This document shows positions 60,042 through 64,000 of a stretch of 64,000 nt of DNA, piece after piece. The notes under the pieces are model-generated. The model was not told where the DNA came from and did no database searches. It saw only the letters and a program-made list of their open reading frames with translations. The position numbers and the translations under genes were made by a program. This stretch comes from Saprospiraceae bacterium. Lineage in GTDB: Bacteria; Bacteroidota; Bacteroidia; Chitinophagales; Saprospiraceae. The stretch lies in NCBI GenBank assembly GCA_016709995.1, contig JADJLQ010000002.1, forward strand, positions 1,070,524-1,134,523, read 5' to 3'. Every line of letters begins with the position of its first letter. Positions within the stretch are counted from its first letter, which is position 1.

Positions 60042-61355
60042 TCAAGATGCATGAGCTCCGGTATCCTTTAAATTAAATCGAATCAGTCCATTTCGATCCA
60101 CTAGAAAGAAAATCAGCAGCACCATATATTCTATCCCAATCAATGCATACTTCCACGTAGTGCTCATCGTCGGATCATACCAACTGTAAGACAAAACGAT
60201 CAGCCCCGACCAAATAAAAGGTACTAACCAGCCGGACAGGGTACCCAATAAAAGCAGCGGAAGGATATACCAGGGATGAACCGTCGTGCTCAATAGCAAA
60301 TAACCCATCCACATCAGTAAGATCGAAGGTAGCAGAGAGCTCCACTGCTTGGACTTTTGTCTTATAAATAGATAGGTGGTCCATAGGATGAATAAGACCG
60401 AAAGATACTGTCCTATATGTCGGACATTGTCAAATCCAAATCTTTGGTAATCTATAGCTTTCCAGATTTCAAACAAACTGCCGTTGAACTCGAAACTGGA
60501 AATATATAGCCTGATCGATTGCATAAAATGATCCTGATAAAGGTATATACAGCAAAGGCAGAGTATAAATATCAAGACGGATAACAGGCTGTATCTAAGT
60601 CCTTTTTTGAATCCCAGGTATTTCCATAGGAAAGGCAATAAAATGATGGGAAATATTTTGATCGCAGCAGCAAGCGACAACATGACAGAGGATAAATCAT
60701 ACCTGGTACGAAATAGGTAATACAAAGCCGTTACAATAAAAAACATAATGAATCCTTCAGGGTGCCCATTGGCTATGATTTCAAATAAAATAAGTGGATT
60801 CCATGCATACCACCAAACCATCTGAATTTTATCTTTTGGAATTAATTTTTTCAGGAAATAAATCGTGCCTACATCTGATAAGAATAAAAGCATCTTCCAA
60901 CTCACTGAGAATAAATAAATAGATTTGAAGCCCACGATGGCACACATAGCAAAGAGTGCTTGTAATATGGGTGGATAAACACTGAAATAATTTGGTGAAT
61001 TGAGCTTAGTAAATACAACCATCCAATCCTGGGGGTATAATGTCTGAAGCTCGTGAGGAGTAAATTGATAGGGATTTATTTTTTCCAATACGCACATTCC
61101 ATCCCAATAAAATCTATAAAAATCATCTGAGGCCAGGGGGAACGAAAATACCAGGACCAGTTTTACCATCCAATTGAGCCAGGAGTGAGCTTCAAAAGAA
61201 GCAGGTTTGTGGAGACCTGCCCAGGCATAGGCCCCAAACGCAATACCATAATATAAGACCAGTTTGCCGAAGGCTGCCTGTGGAACAGTATATGCCAATA
61301 TCGTCAAGGCTAATACTATTATAAGGAGTAGCGATCGATGGAGGTGGACAGCCAT
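60042..61355 (-). CDS. polytopic GT-C-like (DUF2029/GT87-like) membrane glycosyltransferase
   Basis: About 437 aa from MAVHLHRS (61355), at least 10 TM helices, and the first-loop acidic motif SDDFYRFYWDG. Confidence 0.55.
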   Translation of the reverse strand: MAVHLHRSLLLIIVLALTILAYTVPQAAFGKLVLYYGIAFGAYAWAGLHKPASFEAHSWLNWMVKLVLVFSFPLASDDFYRFYWDGMCVLEKINPYQFTPHELQTLYPQDWMVVFTKLNSPNYFSVYPPILQALFAMCAIVGFKSIYLFSVSWKMLLFLSDVGTIYFLKKLIPKDKIQMVWWYAWNPLILFEIIANGHPEGFIMFFIVTALYYLFRTRYDLSSVMLSLAAAIKIFPIILLPFLWKYLGFKKGLRYSLLSVLIFILCLCCIYLYQDHFMQSIRLYISSFEFNGSLFEIWKAIDYQRFGFDNVRHIGQYLSVLFILWTTYLFIRQKSKQWSSLLPSILLMWMGYLLLSTTVHPWYILPLLLLGTLSGWLVPFIWSGLIVLSYSWYDPTMSTTWKYALIGIEYMVLLIFFLVDRNGLIRFNLKDTGAHAS

Positions 61356-61365
61356 AGTAGAAAGA

Positions 61366-62844
61366 TCAGTCTTTAAGGCTGATATGTACAATCGTGTATA
61401 GAAATATAGAGGCAAATCCGAGTGCCAAAGCCACGTGAAAAATTAAAAAATTGGTTTGTTGAGTCGTAATACCCCAGTAGACAGAATAGATAAAATACCC
61501 GGCCAGCAATCCTTCGAACACAGTGATCCAGGATAAATGGTGAGAGAGGTATTTGTGCTTGGCGACGCGATCAGTGATAGATTTAATGTTGAATTTTGGA
61601 GTCCTGACAAAAGCACTTTTTTTGCCACGCCAGCCTTGGATGACAGCTACACTGTTGTGCAGGGAAAGCCCCATAGAAAAAACAAGAAACAGTGGAAATA
61701 ACACGATAAATCGAAGTACGGATTTCCACAAAGGGATTTTATTCCACGCAATGCGCACGTTGGCCATAAAATGAATGAGGATGATGGATAAGGTACCAAT
61801 CAATCCAAATGCAAAATATTTTGGGGATATACCGTAATGAGAGACTAGAAATGAAATAGGCACACTCGATACCGCCAAGGCCAGTACCAACACGAAAATC
61901 GAGCTGCCCAACAAAAGCGTGATCGCATGTAGTTTTTGAACAAAGGCCAGGTTTGATTGCCAGATAACCGGGATCAATTTTCTGGCTACTTCAGCTCCGC
62001 CTTTCATCCATCTCGCCTGCTGAGACTTAAGACCATTCATTTCTGCTGGCAATTCTGCCGGTGATCCTATCTCCTGTATATAATAAATCTCCCAACCCTT
62101 GAGCTGTGCTCTGAACGAAAGATCCAGATCTTCAGTCAAGGTATCGGAGTGCCAACCACCGGCTTCTTCGATAGCTGTTTTTCTCCAGGTACCTGCAGTG
62201 CCATTAAACTGTAACAAAAGGTCGCCGGACTGCCTGCCGGACTGCTCTATAGAAAAGTGCACATTCAGCTGAAAGGCCTGTAACATGGTGAGCAAAGAAT
62301 AGTTTTCATTGATATGATCCCACCGGGTCTGGACCACGCCTATTTTTTGATTTTGAAAATATGGGATGCATTTTTTTAAAAAATCCGGCTGCGGCAAAAA
62401 ATCAGCATCAAAAATTGTGATGAATTCACCAGAAGCTACTTTGAGTCCCTCTTTGAGCGCCCCGGCTTTGTAACCGGATCGGTTAGTACGATGTAAATGT
62501 TTGATATCGATACCTTTGGCGGCATACTCCCGGCATTTGCGGGTGATGATCTCCACGGTTTCATCCGTACTGTCATCCAGTACCTGGATCTCCAATAGTG
62601 CAGGCGGGTAATCAATCTTGCAGATTACATCGATCAGTCTTTCGACCACATACAGCTCATTGAATACAGGTAATTGGATGGTGACTTTGGGCCATACCTT
62701 CAAGGCGGGTGGTTGATATTGCCTGATGGACTTATACTTTTTTAGGTAATAATATAAAAGGTGAAATTCCAGGAAAGCATAAATGGTGATGAAGCTCAGG
62801 GCCAGGAAATAAATCAGTGCAAAAAAATAAGCGAGATATTCCAC
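61366..62844 (-). CDS. membrane-embedded family 2 glycosyltransferase with a QxxRW motif (processive beta-glycan synthase-like)
   Basis: 492 aa with an N-terminal TM helix, the GT2 core (VLDDSTD, FDADF), QQARW, and 4-5 C-terminal TM helices. Confidence 0.75.
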   Translation of the reverse strand: MEYLAYFFALIYFLALSFITIYAFLEFHLLYYYLKKYKSIRQYQPPALKVWPKVTIQLPVFNELYVVERLIDVICKIDYPPALLEIQVLDDSTDETVEIITRKCREYAAKGIDIKHLHRTNRSGYKAGALKEGLKVASGEFITIFDADFLPQPDFLKKCIPYFQNQKIGVVQTRWDHINENYSLLTMLQAFQLNVHFSIEQSGRQSGDLLLQFNGTAGTWRKTAIEEAGGWHSDTLTEDLDLSFRAQLKGWEIYYIQEIGSPAELPAEMNGLKSQQARWMKGGAEVARKLIPVIWQSNLAFVQKLHAITLLLGSSIFVLVLALAVSSVPISFLVSHYGISPKYFAFGLIGTLSIILIHFMANVRIAWNKIPLWKSVLRFIVLFPLFLVFSMGLSLHNSVAVIQGWRGKKSAFVRTPKFNIKSITDRVAKHKYLSHHLSWITVFEGLLAGYFIYSVYWGITTQQTNFLIFHVALALGFASIFLYTIVHISLKD

Positions 62845-63537
62845 TCAGATCAGTTTTAATATCGTCCAGATGATCTTATAGCCGGCTAAGATAGTTCCTT
62901 TTATGGTGCCGCTTACTTTTGAAGTGCCGATTCTCCGCCTATAATTTACGGGTACTTCCGCAGTGAGGAGTTTGAGTTTGGCGGCTTTGACTTGCATTTC
63001 CACCGTCCAGCCAAAAGTTTTATCCTGCATATCGATTTTTAGCAAACTAGGGTAGTCGATGGCTCTGAAAGGCCCCAGGTCCGAAAATACGTAGCCATAG
63101 ATCCATCGAATCATACGGGTCGCCAGCCAATTGCCAAATCTTTGTGGGATAGTCATAGACCCTTTTTCCTTATTTCCTAACGCGCGAGAACCTATGACCA
63201 GGTTGGCCCGACCGTCCAGGATTGGGCCTAAGATCAAAGTCATTTGGTCAGGGTAATCACTGTGATCACCATCAATAAATACGACGATATCAGGTTTTTG
63301 ACTTAGCTGGCTGATATAGTCCATGCATTTGAGACAGGCATATCCATAACCAGGCCTGGGCTCATCCAGGACGATTGCTCCATGGGCTGCCGCCACCTGC
63401 CTGGTGCCATCCTTGCTGTTATTATTCCCTACGAGGATATTCCTCACCAGGTTTTTAGGAATTTCATCAATGACCAGGCCTATGGCTTTCTCTTCATTGT
63501 AAGCAGGGATGATGACATCGATGACGGGCATTAGCAC
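62845..63537 (-). CDS. family 2 glycosyltransferase, Dpm1/polyprenyl-phosphate sugar synthase-like
   Basis: 230 aa with IIPAYNEE and IDGDHSD (DxD). Its stop abuts the next start codon. Confidence 0.7.
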   Translation of the reverse strand: MLMPVIDVIIPAYNEEKAIGLVIDEIPKNLVRNILVGNNNSKDGTRQVAAAHGAIVLDEPRPGYGYACLKCMDYISQLSQKPDIVVFIDGDHSDYPDQMTLILGPILDGRANLVIGSRALGNKEKGSMTIPQRFGNWLATRMIRWIYGYVFSDLGPFRAIDYPSLLKIDMQDKTFGWTVEMQVKAAKLKLLTAEVPVNYRRRIGTSKVSGTIKGTILAGYKIIWTILKLI

Positions 63538-63600
63538 TACTAATGTATGACAGGGTATCGAATCTAAAGTTTTTTTCTTTTACAGATTATAGGGAAGTGG

Positions 63601-63981
63601 TCAAGTGGAGAAGTGAGATTTGTTCACAGAGTGTACTTTTTGCAAAGCGTTCACCTCGGGTACCCAAAGCATACCATCTCTCTCAATTTCTTCAATAAAA
63701 GGGTCAAAATTTTCCGCAGTAGCACCTGTAGGATACATTTTAAAGTCAATGCTATTGACAGCTCGAAATTTTCTCAATACAGGTTGAACCAATTCAAAGT
63801 CAATCAAACCTTCGCCAATAAATTTTTTATTCCAGATAGCGAGATCGACATCACTATAGGCATGAATATTTCCTTTGGCATAGGACCCAAATAATATCAT
63901 TCGATCCGGCCGGAGCCCCATGTCAACTAATTCATTGAAAACACCAGTTAATAAATTGGTCAAAGCCTTTCGAGTAAGCAT
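63601..63981 (-). CDS. nucleotidyltransferase domain protein (MNT-type, TA-system-like)
   Basis: 126 aa with the LFGSYAKG...SDVDLAI minimal nucleotidyltransferase motif. Confidence 0.7.
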   Translation of the reverse strand: MLTRKALTNLLTGVFNELVDMGLRPDRMILFGSYAKGNIHAYSDVDLAIWNKKFIGEGLIDFELVQPVLRKFRAVNSIDFKMYPTGATAENFDPFIEEIERDGMLWVPEVNALQKVHSVNKSHFST

Positions 63982-64000
63982 ATTCGAAGTTTGTTTAATT

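Overview
This window looks like a Bacteroidota chromosomal segment. Supporting signs are a T9SS C-terminal sorting domain, many TonB/OMP genes, LytTR and ECF regulators, and TAnnTTTG-type -7 boxes. I found no rRNA, tRNA, CRISPR array, transposase or integrase. Most of the window is housekeeping or accessory metabolism: guaB (partial), citrate synthase, gcvH, alanine dehydrogenase-like, prfC, pdxA, rsmA, pfkB-family kinase, beta-carbonic anhydrase. It also holds a TetR-TolC-HlyD-ABC(2 ATPases)-ABC2(2 permeases) efflux operon resembling E. coli ybiH-ybhGFSR, a T9SS-secreted M43 metalloprotease, and an ECF sigma/anti-sigma pair. The most distinctive block is an AT-rich (by eye) copper/silver island at about 32.6-45.3 kb on the minus strand. 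Its gene order is HYC_CC_PP small protein, cusA-like RND pump, TolC-like OMF, two different CusB-like adaptors with Cys4 metal-binding modules, a 715-bp non-coding gap, an extremely Met-rich lipoprotein (38 Met in 148 aa), a CopZ-like protein, an 800-bp non-coding gap, and a CopB-type (CPH motif, His-rich) P-type ATPase with a cysteine-less HMA domain. The second main theme is an unusual density of frame-breaking lesions. There are three in-frame stops (methyltransferase, ABC ATPase, cusA). There are also at least seven single-nucleotide indels, mostly in A/T homopolymers (prfC x2, cusA x1, bestrophin-like gene x4). Consensus (homopolymer) sequencing error and real gene decay fit this equally well, and I cannot separate them from sequence alone. 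Other items are a hipB plus truncated hipA remnant, a TolC gene fragment cut off next to an AAA/DUF4143 ATPase gene, REP-like hairpin repeats (one inserted inside the ABC operon), an OMP with a 211-aa Q/G/P/R-rich tail, and a GT2-GT2-GT-C glycosylation module. I do not see a clear, wholly new multi-gene system. The best candidates for undescribed biology are the uncharacterised components of the copper island. All functional calls rest on motif and family recognition by eye, not on database searches.
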